Positions 27,371 to 39,993 of a stretch of 64,000 bases of DNA are shown one piece after another (position 1 is the stretch's first letter; each line of letters starts with the position of its first letter). The notes beneath the pieces are model-generated. The model was not told where the DNA came from, did not search any database, and saw nothing but the letters and a program-made list of their open reading frames with translations. This DNA comes from Octopus sinensis. Taxonomy: Eukaryota. Both the position numbers and the translations under genes were made by a program. Where the stretch lies: the NCBI RefSeq assembly GCF_006345805.1, contig NC_043006.1, positions 35,650,001 through 35,714,000 on the forward strand. Reading direction: 5' to 3'.

Positions 27371-27552
27371 AATAATAATAATAATCATTTCTACTGGAAG
27401 CACAAGGCCTCAAATTTGGTGGAAGGGATTAAGTCGATTACATCGACGCCAGTGCGTAACTGGTACTTATTTAATGAACCCCGAATGGATAAAAGGCAAA
27501 GTCGACATCGGCGGAATTTGAACCCAGAACGTAGCGACAGACGGAATACCGG
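27115..27552 (-). mobile_element. Two Meta-like SINE copies separated by (AAC)n/(AAT)n
   Basis: The reverse-complement core AAAGGATGAAAAGCAAAGTCGACC occurs twice (about 27115-27318 and 27399-27552). Confidence 0.85.
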
Positions 27553-28383
27553 TGATAAGGATGAGGATGGTGGTGAAAGTGATGTTGTATAAAGCTTATG
27601 ATTCAACTAACGAAGATAATGATGAGGTGGGCGATGACGGTATGCATTATGTTGGTCCTGATTATGAATGGGATGTTGAAGACTATAATAACGATTATAA
27701 CGACTATAATGGTATTATTAACCGTTATGATGATGACGGTGAGGATGATGACGATGATGATGATGACGATGATGGTGAGGAGGAGGAGAAGGAGGATGTT
27801 AATCATGATGACGACGACGACGATGACGATAATAACGATGTTGGATTCATGATGGTGATCATGGGATTTTAGGATTATCAGCATATTGGCGATGATGATG
27901 ACCTTCATTGGGATAAAACAGATCACGACAGGGTTGCTCTTATTGATAATGAGGAGAAAAAGGAGGAGGAGGAGGAGGAGAAGAAGGAAGAGGACGGCGG
28001 CGACGACGACGACGACAACAACGACAACTACGATAACGATGGCTACTTCAGGGATTCCAATGATAAGGAAACGACCAAAGATAATTAGAAGGAACACGCG
28101 AGTTATAAAGAAATGGGCTGAAGAAAAATTCCTAATGCAAGACACTGTTGCTATTTCTCTCATTTGGATTGCTCTTATTGTAATTAGCAACGTTTTTCTC
28201 GCAGATGCAAGTGTTGTTGTTGTCGTTCCTGTTGTTGTTAATGATGACAATGGTGATTTATTTTCTTGGTTGTTCATGCTTGCTTTTTGCTCTTATTAGC
28301 GTTCCCTTTGTCTAATGAATGCCATTCCAGTGGTAATAATAAAATAGCAATAGTTATTAGAACAGAAGTAGTAGTCGTGATAA

Positions 28384-28431
<48 letters not shown>

Positions 28432-28636
28432 AATAATGATAATAATAATAATAATAATAATAATAGTAATAATAATAATAATAATGATAATAATAATGAT
28501 GATGATGATTATCATAATAATAACAATAATAATAGTTTCGTTATTAAATAATTATAATAATTACAATAAAATTGTTAATGTTAGAAATCATTATCTTCTT
28601 CGCCATCATCATCGTCATCGTCATCATCATCAGCAG

Positions 28637-28691
<55 letters not shown>

Positions 28692-28787
28692 GCCTTCATT
28701 TTAAATATCATTATTATAGTTAAGAATCATCATAATTATTTTTATTATAGCAATTTTTGATATTAAAAATTGTTATTGTTACCATCA

Positions 28788-28839
<52 letters not shown>

Positions 28840-28900
28840 CATTATTTCCTTCGTTTTAAATACCATCATTATAGTTAAAAATCGTCATCATCATGAGCTT
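27553..28900. repeat. Mixed trinucleotide low-complexity region (GAT, GAG, AAT, ATT)
   Basis: Degenerate trinucleotide arrays. Confidence 0.85.
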
Positions 28901-29669
28901 ATGAACGTTATCAAAATCATTGATTCTCTTTCATATTAATCCTTCTCGTTACTGTTGTATAATCAATCTCACATTTTTACCCCATACTCTCTCTCTCTCT
29001 CTCTCCCTCTGTCTCTATGTATACATATGCACATACATGCACACATGCGCGCTCGAGCACATACACATATGTATATGTGTGAGTGTGTATAAACCTGCCG
29101 ATTATGTGTGTGTGTGTGTATATGTATGTATATGCCTCTTAGCTTCGCACTTAATTTGTGTTTCCTTCTCATGTTCAACAAACGCATGCAGGGTAATAAC
29201 GCCGGCGACCAGGCACACATAATCATGCACTTAGGTACAGCGGCACACTGGCGCACACAAAGAAAAATGCAATCCTCTATACTCAAGCGCAATCAAAACA
29301 CGCACGCATTACAATAAACGCAAGAGAATTTCTAAAAGATATCCAAAGGATAATTAATATACATGGTTTCCGTTAAATTGAATTTAACAAAGTAAATAAC
29401 AAAAAAAGCGTGTGTTTTGACATTTCTATTCGCACGAATAACATTCAATTATGAAGATGAAAAGGAGAAGAACCACTGGCTTATAATTAAGGTAAAATCA
29501 GAGAAAAATTTAGAAAGAAAATAATAATTTGGGGAGGTTGGTTCGACAGAAACAGGAACATGAACAAAACCCAGCATAATTGTGTATTGATCCTTGTGGC
29601 ACGTTGTTATATGAATAGATGCGCCCTGGTGGCAAAAATGTACAATTTATTATTATTATTATATTATTA

Positions 29670-29709
<40 letters not shown>

Positions 29710-29943
29710 ATTATCAGTATTATTTATTAGGAGTGAAGGCGTCAAGCTAGCAGAATAGTTAGCAGCTCAGCCATAATGTTTAACGACATTTTTTAAGAAC
29801 TTGGTTTTTGTTTCTGTGTTCAGAAAGCACCAGATGAACACTCGGGTTGTTGTAATTGACAAGCCACTTCTCAAAAACTTTCAGGCTTGATGTCTCTAGT
29901 AGAATTTCAGCTTTTTCTTTTTCCAATCATAAAGACGACGAAC

Positions 29944-30300
29944 TAACACTCTTTTCTACTCTAGACACAATGCCTGAAATTTTGGGGGAGAGGGCCAGTC
30001 GATTAGATCGACCCCAGTATGCAACTGTTACTTAATTTATCGACCCCGAAAGGATGAAAGGCAAAGTCGACCTCGGCGGAATTGGAACTCAGAACGTAAA
30101 GACAGACGAAATACCTATTTCTATTTCTTTACTACCCACAATGGAGCTAAACACAGAGAAGACAAACAAGGACAGACAGACGGATTAAGTCAATTATATC
30201 GACCCCAGTGCATAACTGGTCCTTAATTTATCGACCCCGAAAGGATGAAAGGCAAAGTCGACCTCGGCGGAATTTGAACTCAGAACGTAAAGACAGATAA
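29944..30300 (-). mobile_element. Dimeric Meta-like SINE
   Basis: Two cores (30040-30110 and 30230-30295) are joined through a GACAAACAAGGACAGAC-containing tail. The same architecture occurs at 57793-58190. Confidence 0.85.
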
Positions 30301-30510
30301 AATGACTTAGGAGTTCGCCAAACAAGATCGATAAAATGACCTAGCAGTTCCACAAACGAGATCGATAAAATGATTTAGCGGTTCGCCAAACGAGATCGAT
30401 AAAATGACTTAGCAGTTCACCAAACGAGATCGATAAAATAACTTAGCGTTTAGCCAAATGAGATCGATAAAAGGATTTAGCTGTTCGCCAAACGAGGTCG
30501 ATAAAATGAC
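30296..30510 (+). repeat. 34-bp minisatellite, 6.3 units
   Basis: GATAAAATGACTTAGCAGTTCGCCAAACGAGATC-type units start at 30296, 30330, 30364, 30398, 30432, 30466 and 30500. Confidence 0.95.
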
Positions 30511-31202
30511 ATATATATATATATATATAATTATTTGTATACATATGCATATATATATATAAATGTATATAGATATATATGTACGTGTGTGATGATTATG
30601 CGAGAAGTTAGGCTTCATATCAGCGTTAGGAAATTACTTTATACAGCAACACATTATGGCTTCCTTGACAATTTATATGAATTTAAAATGCACTATCATA
30701 ACTGCATTACGTCTATTGTGTAACAATTTGTCTTTATTTCATTTCCTTTTGAAATATATTAGATTGCCGTCTGCTTCACTCAATTACACGACATGCAACC
30801 ATCTGTTTTCTATTAACAGTTCGTTACGTTTGAAGTACATTAGCATACATGCATCATACACACCTATAATTTTGCAGCTGTATACGATTCAAATCGCTGC
30901 ACATCTGATTAACTAACAGATTTTTCATAAATCCTTAATCTTTGTGAATATATATAACTTCCTTAATGGAGCGTTCTTTGGGTGACTTCTTTTTTGTTTC
31001 TAAAATTGATATCATTATTGCTGATAAAGTTTCTTTTCTTTTTTTATGTAACGATATATGACCAATAAAAGTCGTTCTGTCAGTTTTCTAACGAACCAAT
31101 CACTAGTTAAGTGTATTTATGACGGCGAGAGTGACAAAGGAGTTATTAACTAGATGCTGGTTGCATGAACAAATTTCGCAAGAAAATTATTACGAACGGG
31201 TG

Positions 31203-31268
<66 letters not shown>

Positions 31269-31356
31269 TTAGTATACATGCACATATGTGGGTGGGTGCG
31301 TGTATATACATATATATATGTGTGTATATAAATATATAAATGTTTGTGTGTGTGTA

Positions 31357-31830
31357 TGTTGTGTCATCCCAGAAATAATGCTGGTTTTTTATACTTCTTA
31401 TATTTTTCAAATTTTAGATAAAGAAATTGTGTTTTTTAATCTAAAGTTTACTCCCCATCATTTTCTACAATTCTCTTCCATCTATCCGGTAGACTTACAA
31501 GACCCTTCTTCCCAAATTCACTTGTCCATGACGAAAAATACTCCTGCAGTGCTGTTCTGATCTCGTCTGCAGCATTCATATTTGTTTCGTCCAAATAAAT
31601 TTGAAGACTGCGGAATAAATAATAATCAGATGGGGCAATGTCCGGTGAATGTGGACGGTGGGACGTCTTTTCTCATTCAAAATGCTACAGCCTTTAGAAT
31701 GTCATCCTCGCTGTATATGGCCGAGCATTATCCTGACAAGCAAATCTGTCCATGTACGAGGTTGAATTGCTTTCATCACTTCACCACTTGAGAAACATAT
31801 GCCTTCTGTAATGGCATGCTTTCTTGTCTC
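31357..31830 (-). mobile_element. Mariner (DD34D) 3' fragment with right TIR
   Basis: Minus strand: QDNARPYTARMTF*RL*HFE*EKTSHRPHSPDIAPSDYYLFRSLQIYLD...SLPDRWKRIVENDGE*, containing the YSPDLAPSD-type motif. A TIR-like GTCATCCCAGAAATAATGC lies at about 31363. Confidence 0.88.
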
Positions 31831-31870
31831 ATCCCCATCTTAGCCCATTTTCAGAGTTCAAATTCCATTA

Positions 31871-31908
<38 letters not shown>

Positions 31909-32525
31909 GAGTTAGAGAGCAATGCATGCCATCAAATTGACACTGGGGTAAAATATACGAAACCCAGTATACCCATCATGACTACACGTCTAACAAGGAT
32001 ACACCAAGCACATGCATCACAACCATATGTGTGCAACATGGTCATTTCATATCAACATAAACAGCACATGACTCTGCATGTGGGGCTCAGTTAGAAATTT
32101 CTTCAGGTCTTCTCACCCATCCCACTCAAAAGATCCCTGAATAAGTTTGTTTAAGGATGTTGAATGAAACACCCATGTTTACGGAGGTGAATTATTAAAA
32201 CTCCAAACGAATTTCTCTTAACAGATGGCTACGATGCTCCCCCACTACTTCTGCTCGTGATCAGAGATGCACATATTGTCAGCTTAATTGGTTAAGGTCG
32301 CACAACTGACAAATAAATCTGTGGTATTGAGCAGAATATTTTCTGTTGCCCATCTTTTGTACCAAGACAAAACAATGTACATGCTTAACGGTATTCGCTC
32401 GACGCTACTTTCTGAGTTCAAACGCCGCCGGAGTTGACTTTGCCTTTCAATCTTTCGGGGTTTATAAATTAAGTACCAGTTGAACAAATATCAGGCCTTG
32501 TGCCTATAGTAGAAAGGATTATTAT
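31909..32525. mobile_element. About 540-bp (TAA)n-associated repeat (minus) fused to a headless Meta-like SINE (plus)
   Basis: 31909-32383 matches 55511-56040. It switches at ...AATGTACATG|CTTAACGGTATT to the SINE body and ends AAGGATTATTATT. Confidence 0.85.
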
Positions 32526-33064
32526 TATTTTGCGTTGATAAAATAGAAGAATGAGTTGCTTTATTCCAAAGCGGTATAATCTATATGTTCCATAATTGTG
32601 CAGCTTTCTGAAAAGGCAAAATCATTCAATCTGTTTCCTATAAATGTATACATTCGCGTGAATATAAAACCTCTGCAGACTTCTCTAAAATGTTTAGTTA
32701 TGCGATTCTGCGGGCTTGTGTATAATCCTTGCAAATGTGTAAGAAAATATCTCTGTAGGAAGTGTGCACCAATATCTACTACCTATAAATATGTAGCCGA
32801 TCAATATGACCCGATGTTTATAAATGCGTGGTGTGGTTTTGTGTGAATGCCAGTAAATATCTATTCGTTATAATCGTGTTGCTATCTGTCACGTTGAGAG
32901 GATATTCATTTCCTATAAATGAATGGCATAGGTTTATGAAAATGTGAGTTTGTATCTATTCCATCCTCTAAAAATTATTTGGTTTTAGATTTAGGTAACA
33001 CGATAGATATATCTCCAGATATGTGACAATACAATTTTCTCATGTGGTGTATACATAACATACA

Positions 33065-33100
<36 letters not shown>

Positions 33101-33211
33101 ATCTATATATTAGATATAGATATATATTATATATTATATATATCTTTCTATATATATACATATATATATGTATGTATGTAATATATATTATGTATGTATA
33201 ATATATATATA

Positions 33212-33246
<35 letters not shown>

Positions 33247-33303
33247 ATATATATATATTATATGCTTATATAGATATATATGTATATATAGTGTATCTAG
33301 ATA

Positions 33304-33353
<50 letters not shown>

Positions 33354-33358
<5 letters not shown>

Positions 33359-33892
33359 AAACAAAAGACGTTGTCAGGTGTATAAACAACAAACGGGTGT
33401 ATAAGTTTAACGCCCGGGAAGGTGAGAAAGTCTTTTACGTTTAGAGCCTACGCTCTTCATAAGAAAGGAACTCACGGAAATACACAAAGAGAGAATAAAA
33501 ATAGATTTAGAGGCTAGCAGTCAATCATGGCGGCTGGCTGGACAGAGGTAGTTAGACAGGAGGGCTAGGAAGAAGGGGAGATAATAAAGTATTGGTGATC
33601 CCAAACGAAGGTGTTGCGTGCGTGTGTATGTGAGAGTATGTGTGTGTTTGTGTGTGTGTATCTGTAACGTGCGGGTGTATGGATGACGGTGTGGGTGCTG
33701 GGGTGTGACGATGAGAGGGTGAAGTGTGAGGTTGTGAGGCTGGGTTGTGGGTTTGGGGTGATGATGTGTGGGGTATGAGTGGGTAGGCTCGAAACAATAA
33801 AGACTTTTTCAATTCCCGAGCGGCATACTAATACATCTGTTTGTTGTCTACACCACCTGTCTTCGTCTTTTGTTTTTTTTGTGAATTCTCCC
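33354..33892. mobile_element. Element with about 110-bp imperfect terminal inverted repeats of Penelope-like pLTR type, inside (TA)n
   Basis: The left end AAAACAAAAGACG...AAAGTCTTTTACGTTTAGAGCCTAC is inverted at the right end GTAGGCTCGAAAC...GTCTTTTGTTTTT. The same family occurs at 49081-49330, 49615-49790, 51145-51253, 52380-52485 and 63237-63420. Confidence 0.7.
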
Positions 33893-33933
33893 TATATATA
33901 TATTTATTATTAGATATATTATAATATATATAT

Positions 33934-33969
<36 letters not shown>

Positions 33970-33971
33970 CA

Positions 33972-34859
33972 CACGTAGTCTGATCAATTAGTATCTGGAC
34001 TCTTACCATAGTAACGAAACTAAAGCACGCTGAGTAAACCCGCTAGGCACAGATTGACTTTGATCTTTGCTGTACATGCACACTAAGTTTTAACGTTCTA
34101 GCTCACTTTCACTGCTTACAGCAGTGTTTGGAAGGAGCGTGTGTAGAGTCTGATCGTCGCATTGACCATTACGGGAAAAGTTGAGCGGACAATCTTCATC
34201 AAATTTTGCAAAAAGTTTGGTGATACATGCTCAGAGGTCTATGCAAACTCTTTAAACAGTTCCCATTGTTCTCAAGACAATCAAGGAGATCTAGCGCAAC
34301 TGAAACTCGAGTGCCTTTTTGCTCAGCTAAAAGTATTTTTGGCGCTAACTTGGCAGACGCGCGTCTCGCACCCAAATTTTCAGAGATAATGGATTGAACT
34401 GAAACGTAACTAATTTGCACACCCTCTGATAACTCAGTGATGGTGAATCGAGGACTCCCTGTCACGGACATCAGCGATGATTTTCTCAGTTCCCCTGGTT
34501 GCCTGTCTCCCAGAACTTTTGTCTATATTAACATTTTCTCTGCTATCTTGGAAAAGACCGAACCACTCCTACACTTATGTGCAGCTCATACACTCCTCTC
34601 CATACACTTTTTGCAACTTTAGTAGGCCTGTAAGCAGGTATCGCCATGGCAACTTTCTCTGTCATGGTTAATGCTACAATCACACGTTACACACTTTCTT
34701 CGAAGCACTACTGTCAATACCGAAAGTGAGCTAGAACTTTAAAACTTAGTGAGTATGCACAGCAGAGTTCAAGGTCAATCTCTGCGAAGCATTTCACTCT
34801 GTGTGCTTTAGCTTCGTTACTATGGTAAAATTCAGGATACCTATTCACCAGACTTCGTG
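33972..34859. mobile_element. 888-bp mariner derivative made of two 5' ends in inverted orientation
   Basis: The plus arm has TIR CACGTAGTCTGATCAATTAGTATCTGG then (I)TGKVERTIFIKFCKKFGDTCSEVYA. The minus arm has TIR CACGAAGTCTGGTGAATAGGTATCC then MTEKV..GDTCLQAY..LQKVYGEECMS...ISYVSVQSIISENLGARRASAKLAPKIL. TA follows at 34860. Confidence 0.88.
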
Positions 34860-34874
34860 TACATACATACATAC

Positions 34875-34936
<62 letters not shown>

Positions 34937-35178
34937 TAAAGAAGATCCGCTGGTGTCAATTCATTACGGCCTTTTCAAGCAAATCCTTTAATTGATTAAT
35001 GAAAACATAATATCATTTGAAAGAAACCGTTCTCGTCAGATGATCGCATGCACTGCTGATATAAAGGATATCACCATTGCTTTAACATATTCTCATCAAT
35101 AATACAACTCAAAATATTTAAATTGTTTCTGTTGTCAAATATCTCTGGCAGTCGACATGTATGTGTGTGTGTGTTTGT

Positions 35179-35212
<34 letters not shown>

Positions 35213-35901
35213 CACGTATGTATATATACGTATATTCGCATACATATATATGTATGTAATGTCCCATAAGCATATTCGAGTACATGACGAACCAGTTAAC
35301 CTCTCCTTCAAATATATATAATTCGAGATTATATAAATATATTTTGTACCGTGGTTTTGTACCGTTTCTAAACTCCGCTTCTAGGAACATGTTTTTCCTT
35401 GTTAGTATATACGCATTTATCTATCTCAAATGTATGTCAAAATATGCCAGTGTAATACCATATACTAATCGGTTGCTCGGTATCTTGAGACGAGTAAGAA
35501 TCGGTTTGACAGCCATTTTGGCACCTCCCCATTTAATGTCAGTATGTGTATTTTCCTGTTCGCGGGTGCATGTGTGTCCGGGTTTTGCCTCCATTGCTAA
35601 AACGCAATGTCACTAAAGCAGGATGAAAGTTCCGGTCAGTTAGGTCAAATCATCAGCGTCCAACAGCTGCAGAAAAATACCTCATTACTTCTTGACCCTA
35701 CATGTGATAATAATATCCCACATAAATATGAGGTTATCATTTAAGGATGTATGAAACATGTATGAAATAGTATCCATGTGATACATGCTCACCGCGCAAT
35801 TGTGAGAAATAATGAATGGTATTATTGTGGTTAATGTTGTTATTTATTAATTTTCTCAATTTTTTATTATTCAATTAATTTTTTTTTATTTTCTTTTTCA
35901 G

Positions 35902-36216
35902 TGTGTAATATGTTTGGGCGCAAAAGCAACGATGCAAACTTTCCCCTGCGGACATCGAGTTGTATGCCGGAAGTGCTTCATAAAAACCATCCAGGTGGCT
36001 GTGTCTCAACGATGCTTGCCCCTAAGGTGTGTCATTTGTCGAACGCGCATACTGAAATTGAGACAGAACCCCAAACCCCATTCAGACAAGCGAGAAGCGA
36101 GTGGTGGGAGCAAACATGAGAAAAGTGAGAGCAAGTCAACCTCACATAAAGACAGGAAGAGCGGGAAATCTGCGCTGGAAAAGTCAGTTAAATCTGAAGG
36201 AAAATCGAAGTATTGA
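35902..36216 (+). CDS. Terminal coding exon of a host RING-HC (C3HC4) finger protein, putative E3 ligase
   Basis: A strong acceptor (T-rich ...TTTTTCAG at 35901) is followed in phase 0 by CVICLGAKATMQTFPCGHRVVCRKCFIKTIQVAVSQRCLPLRCVICR (C-x2-C-x11-C-x-H-x3-C-x2-C-x17-C-x2-C). A K/S/E-rich tail follows, with TGA at 36214-36216 and an A-rich 3' UTR. Confidence 0.88.
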   Translation, partial: CVICLGAKATMQTFPCGHRVVCRKCFIKTIQVAVSQRCLPLRCVICRTRILKLRQNPKPHSDKREASGGSKHEKSESKSTSHKDRKSGKSALEKSVKSEGKSKY

Positions 36217-37187
36217 GATATATAAAGATAGAAGGAAAGAAAGAAAGCAAGAAAGAGTGAAAGACCTAAAAGAACTTAAGCAAGGACGAAAGAAACAAAG
36301 AAAGAAATATAAGCAAAGCTGCAAATTATTCCAAACGAAATACGAAATATAACACTATAATGAAGAATGAATACGACAGACAAAATAAGGAACGGATTAA
36401 GGAAAAAATCAAAGAAAACCAAAGTCAAATGACTGAAACAATAAAGAAATCAAATAAAAGATTTAATAAATAAATTAATCAATAAATAATGAATTTAAAA
36501 CAACAGAAGTTGAATTATGAAAGATATATAATGTAGATAAAACATTTTGAAAGGAAAATGGTGGAAACTTCAGAGCGAAAGTTACTGATAAATGACAAAT
36601 TTTTCCTTTCAAAATTTGAATGAAATTTCACCTAGCATTTTCCAGTGGGAACATACGATTATTATTATCAATGTACTACAACTATCAATGACTTTTATTT
36701 ACCATTATTATTATTACTATTATTATTATTATTATGGCTAAGATGTCTTCAAGTTAATCGTGAAGTACAAAGCAAAACAAAAAAAGGATATAAAGACAGA
36801 AAGAAGTACAAAAACTATTTCCTCCCACATAGATGTAGGATTGTGTTGACAGCTGTCCGCATTTGAGAGCACATTAGGGTTTATAGCTGGTCCGTGCCTA
36901 TTTTTGGTTGTGTGTATTTTGAGTACGTATTTGTGTGAGTGAATTCATGATGAAGTTTATTCCGTGCAAGTAGAAACAAGTTGTATATATGAGTGATATG
37001 TAAATATGAGACTTACATAACAGTACCTTGCTCATTCGTCACGAATACTGTGTGCGCATGCGTATCTTGGTGCGGAAGGGAGAAGAGGTGTTCTCATGCA
37101 AAGAGAAAGCGTGTTTGTGTAAAATGTGTTGTATATACCTGTATATATGTGTAGAGAGGTGAGTAATTAATCCATTTTCATAAAGAT

Positions 37188-37219
<32 letters not shown>

Positions 37220-37427
37220 CACATATATATATATATGTATGTATGTATATATGTAAGTATGTATGTATGTATGTATGTAAGTATGTATGTATGTATGTAT
37301 GCAGAGAATACAATAGATTTAGTTCTAAATGAATAGGTACGCTGGTTAAGTGGTATAATTGGTCATCCATTAGGTTCAAAGTTCACAGGTGATGCTGTGT
37401 ATGTATGCATGTATGTATATACGTATG

Positions 37428-37478
<51 letters not shown>

Positions 37479-37780
37479 GTGTATATAAATATGGAAGCAC
37501 ACACACATACATGTATAAATATACATCTATATGTGCGTGGACATATAATTACATATACGTAATGAATTTTCAAGTACATGTGCTTACATGTATGTTACAT
37601 ATACAAATAAACAGATAAATATATCGATATATATAGTTACAAAAATATACAAGTATATATGCGAAAGCGCGTGCATGTGTGTGTGATATAGCGTGCGCAT
37701 GTACATATATATACGCACATATATATATGCACATGAGTAAATATATGTGCCTATCCATATATAATATATATAATATATAT

Positions 37781-37826
<46 letters not shown>

Positions 37827-38819
37827 GCACTCACATAGTTACACGTAGACTTAAAAGCCAGCGGGGTATTCACCAATCGTTCCTAAATAGAATTATTCTC
37901 TCATAGGTTTAAAATGTGATAACAAGAATTAGTTTCTTCTCTACTTCTCTTAATCCTATTATTACAGATAAACATGTAAGTTTACCAGGATATATAGACA
38001 CAATTCACTGGTATATAACTTTTGAACATGTGTACAACAATTCCATATAACAAGATTCCTTCGTTGGAAAAAGATATCTCTATGTACGTATGTATATATA
38101 AATACAAACATATAACATATACATCTATGTATCTAGCTATCTATCTAGCTATATATATATTGTTATATGTTATATGTTTGTATTTATATATACATGCGTA
38201 CGTAGAGATATCTTTATATATATAAATATATATATATGTATGTATGTATTTATGTATAGCGGTATATATACATATACAAATGTTACACATGAAATATACA
38301 AAAGTAGAATTTATATCAATGTGTGTGTGTGTGTGTGTGTCTGTGTTCTAATACTAATGCAGGTGCATATCTATGTATATAAGCAGAAATCAATATGTGC
38401 ATTATTGAATTTATATACATGTCTATATCTATATGTATACATATATGTATATAATATATATATATTAATATATATATATTATATATTATATATATATATG
38501 TATATAATATATATGTATATATATATATATACATATATATAATATATATATATATATATTATATATAATATATATATATATATATATACCACTCATATAT
38601 GCTCATATTTAAGTGTTTGTGTAAATATGTTCACGTGTATATAGTTATAAATATTATACGTACGCATATATATGCAGATATGAATGCAGATGTGTATGTG
38701 GCAAATATATTCATACATTTGTATATTGTTTGCATATATCATAACATAAACAATATATATAAATGCAAAACGCTAACTGTTTGCAAACAATATTCGCAAT
38801 AAAATTTAATTAAGTGTTT

Positions 38820-38870
<51 letters not shown>

Positions 38871-39961
38871 GATAAAAGATATAATATATATATTATATAT
38901 GTATATATATATATATATCATATTATATATATTATAATATATTATGTTATATTATATTATATTATATTTGTCACTATGTGTTAAAATTTCCGAGAGTGTA
39001 AATAACTGAAAATGGCGACTGTGTATAAAATTATAAACTATTATGTGTGAATTTTTTGAACTAAACTGAGTATATATGTGTGAGTGTGTCTGTGTATGTG
39101 TATGTGTGTGTGTGTGTGTGTGTATCATACATATATGATATATATAATATATGAATATATATATAGATGTTCGCGTGTATGGATGTATATACAAATTGTG
39201 TTCTTATGTACGCGTGTATGTATGTATAAATGTGTACTGTTCCATTTTACATAGCGTATACTCTACAGTGATAACAAATAAGTTAATTAAAGCAAGCTAT
39301 TCAAATTACATTATTCCACCCACTATGAATCATCAATAGGTGTGTAGATTCTTGGAGTTGGCGTTTTAATAAGGAACGGAATAAAATCATATATCGGAAA
39401 ACTTATTAATAGATTTAACGTGGAATGAATGAAAGAAATAATGAATATTGGAATATGAGATCTCACTAATAATTGAATGCGTGAATGTCTGAACATTTGA
39501 ATAAATGTACTCAATGAAAACACACATGTACACTCATAAACACACACATATATACACAAACATATATATATATATATATATATGTTTGTGTGTATGTATG
39601 TATATGCGTGAGTGTATGTAAGGAGGTGGTGTTCTTCTACCTGTATATAATAATTGTATTATATGATATATATTTGGGTGTACAAGTTAGGAAATGAATG
39701 TAATGAAATGACTATATTGAAAATCGAAGAATGCTTACAAAAACAATGTAGCAAAATTGAATCTTACTTGATCTAAACTTTAATCACCAAAGATATCTAT
39801 TGTAATATATGTGTATGTACATATATATATATATATACTATATATTGAATTTTATACATATCTATATCTTATTATACATATATGTATATATACATATATA
39901 TACACATTATATATATATAATTATATATATATAATATATATATATTATATATATATATATC

Positions 39962-39993
<32 letters not shown>

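Noticed and set aside
27552-28299. Acidic or basic low-complexity protein
   Set aside because: Mixed trinucleotide repeats with frequent frame switches.
29621-29633. CTCF site GCGCCCTGGTGGC
   Set aside because: Two bases shorter than the consensus spacing, and a single occurrence.
30296-30510. CRISPR array
   Set aside because: The variable halves resemble each other (a tandem minisatellite), there are no unique spacers or cas genes, and the context is eukaryotic.
37968-37975. 8-nt micro-exon (TTACAG|ATAAACAT|GTAAGT)
   Set aside because: It is frame-shifting, lies downstream of the RING stop codon, and has no supporting evidence.
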